A stretch of 64,000 nucleotides of DNA from Alphaproteobacteria bacterium (GTDB lineage: Bacteria > Myxococcota_A > UBA796 > GCA-2862545). Each line of letters begins with the position of its first letter. Positions within the stretch are counted from its first letter, which is position 1. The stretch is taken from contig JACKER010000007.1 of the NCBI GenBank assembly GCA_020632925.1, positions 180,910-244,909 of the forward strand, in the 5' to 3' direction. Under the pieces are notes generated by a model that worked only from the letters and a program-made list of their open reading frames with translations, searched no databases and was not told where the DNA came from. The position numbers and the translations under genes were made by a program. Shown here one piece after another: positions 63,084-64,000 of this stretch.

Positions 63084-63296
63084 ATGGACCTGCTCGATCG
63101 CCTGCCGTTGCCGATCCTCCTCGCGCTCCAGGAGGCCGCCATGTCCCCGGGCGAGGAGGGCGCGGAACGAGCGCGGCGGCGGGCGGCAGACGCCGGTTAC
63201 TACCTGGTGAAGTTCGAAGGCGGTCGCCAGGTGGAGCCCCTGATGATGGAGGAGGCACCCGAGGACGTGGAGGGTGTGGTCCTGACCTTCGGCTGA
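63084..63296 (+). CDS. Small hypothetical protein (70 aa)
   Basis: GGAGAG Shine-Dalgarno before ATG 63084. Acidic natural composition. Sits immediately upstream of the kinase gene. Confidence 0.4.
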   Translation: MDLLDRLPLPILLALQEAAMSPGEEGAERARRRAADAGYYLVKFEGGRQVEPLMMEEAPEDVEGVVLTFG

Positions 63297-63320
63297 CGGG
63301 CGCGGTACGCTCCCGGGCCC

Positions 63321-64000
63321 ATGGCGCGCGTCGAAGGACAACGACTCGGTCGGTACACGCTGGTGCGCAAGCTCGGTCAGGGCGGCGGCGGCGAGGCGTG
63401 GGAGGCGGTCCTGCACGGGCCGATGGGCTTCTCGCGCCCGGTCGCGCTCAAGCTGCTGCCGGAGGATCGGGCGGCCGTGGGCGCGGAGGACCTGGTGCGC
63501 GAGGCGAGGCTCGGCGCGCTGCTCCAGCACCCGAACCTGGTGGGGACCTACGAGCTCGCCGAGGCCGACGGGGTCGTGTTCCTTGCGATGGAGCTGGTGC
63601 GGGGCGTCTCGATCCGGGAGCTCGCGGCGAGCGCCTCGCTGCACGGCGCCGCGGTGCTCGAGATCGGCGTGCAGGCCTGCGCCGGGCTCTCGCACCTCCA
63701 CCAGCTGCGGGTGGACGACGGTCCGGTGGGTGTGGTGCACCGCGACGTGAAGCCCGGGAACCTGCTCGTGGACCGCAGCGGGCTCGTGAAGCTCGTGGAC
63801 TTCGGGATCAGCCGGTTCGCCGGTGGCTCGGGCCACCTGTCGGGGACCCCGTCCTACTCCCCGCCCGAGCAGTACCTCGGGACGCCCGACGCGCGCAGCG
63901 ACCTGTTCTCGCTCGCGGCCACGCTCTTCACGGTCGTCGCGCGCCAGCCGCCCTTCGGGCGAGGGGTCCGGCTGTCGCGGGAGGCCGTGCGCCGGGGCCT
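63321..64000 (+). CDS. Ser/Thr protein kinase (3' end beyond the window)
   Basis: GQGGGGEAWEA, ALKLL, HRDVKPGNLLVD, DFGIS, SPPEQ. Truncated at the window end. Confidence 0.85.
   Translation, partial: MARVEGQRLGRYTLVRKLGQGGGGEAWEAVLHGPMGFSRPVALKLLPEDRAAVGAEDLVREARLGALLQHPNLVGTYELAEADGVVFLAMELVRGVSIRELAASASLHGAAVLEIGVQACAGLSHLHQLRVDDGPVGVVHRDVKPGNLLVDRSGLVKLVDFGISRFAGGSGHLSGTPSYSPPEQYLGTPDARSDLFSLAATLFTVVARQPPFGRGVRLSREAVRRG

Noticed and set aside
62913-63836. In-frame 308-codon N-terminal extension of the metalloprotease ORF (MARATGEPADPEVHELHEP...)
   Set aside because: His/Arg/Pro/Gln-rich with no signal peptide. The internal ATG at 62912 is followed by a canonical signal peptide and preceded by GGAGG. 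The extension also overlaps the small + strand gene 63084..63296 and the promoter region of the kinase gene at 63321.

Overview
The window is a densely coding chromosomal region with very high GC (about 70%), almost certainly from a myxobacterium (Myxococcota). Indicators are a MYXO-CTERM sorting tail, many eukaryotic-like Ser/Thr kinases with FHA partners, MopE-type Cys-rich repeat lipoproteins and many lipobox lipoproteins. Because of the GC content every frame carries long ORFs. I called genes only where the protein shows recognisable motifs, a signal peptide or lipobox, natural amino-acid composition, or start/stop coupling to a neighbouring gene. All motif-based product calls are by eye and not database-verified.

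Supported content, in order:
- 146-2691: a CPBP/YhfC-like intramembrane protease with an ABC ATPase and an ABC-2 permease.
- 2731-4362: a hybrid histidine kinase.
- 4384-7109: tldD and pmbA.
- 8072-12052: two tandem paralogous Cys-rich-repeat (MopE-like) lipoproteins, followed by a translationally coupled membrane protein.
- 13582-15996: a BNR/Asp-box lipoprotein and an M15/LAS-type zinc peptidase.
- 16001-19745: a KAS-III-like condensing enzyme, a haloalkane-dehalogenase-like alpha/beta hydrolase and a large polytopic membrane protein, all coupled.
- 19874-20452: a rhomboid protease.
- 21044-24299: a Ser/Thr kinase with a Cache sensor domain and a nitronate monooxygenase.
- 24879-36174: a conserved-looking neighbourhood carrying a ubiquitin-like/zinc-ribbon membrane protein, a pseudokinase, an SLT lytic transglycosylase protein, a PEGA-like Ser/Thr kinase, a TPR protein and HutD.
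- 36468-38233: a Cof-type HAD hydrolase and an FKBP.
- 38302-39234: a second SLT lipoprotein.
- 39269-41978: a B3/4-domain protein, a lipase-like lipoprotein and a further lipoprotein, all coupled.
- 42001-45074: a thioesterase, a DRE-TIM aldolase, a DDAH-like enzyme and a membrane protein.
- 45122-51036: a four-gene two-component cluster (GAF-PAS histidine kinase, CheY-like regulator, hybrid kinase with HPt, double-receiver regulator).
- 51127-58648: a dual-kinase-domain Ser/Thr kinase with an FG-GAP ectodomain, an FHA protein and a further Ser/Thr kinase.
- 59874-62912: a large secreted zinc metalloprotease ending in a MYXO-CTERM tail.
- 63321 onward: a partial Ser/Thr kinase.

No rRNA, tRNA, CRISPR array, integrase or transposase was recognised.

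The most unusual non-coding features are two repeat-laden intergenic regions. One is at 20453-21043 (a tandem duplication of about 125 bp, four copies of a 27-bp motif in direct and inverted orientation, and hexamer microsatellites). The other is at 24300-24878 (a perfect 23-copy heptanucleotide array flanked by inverted heptamer arrays, plus a 32-bp-spaced direct-repeat operator-like pair).
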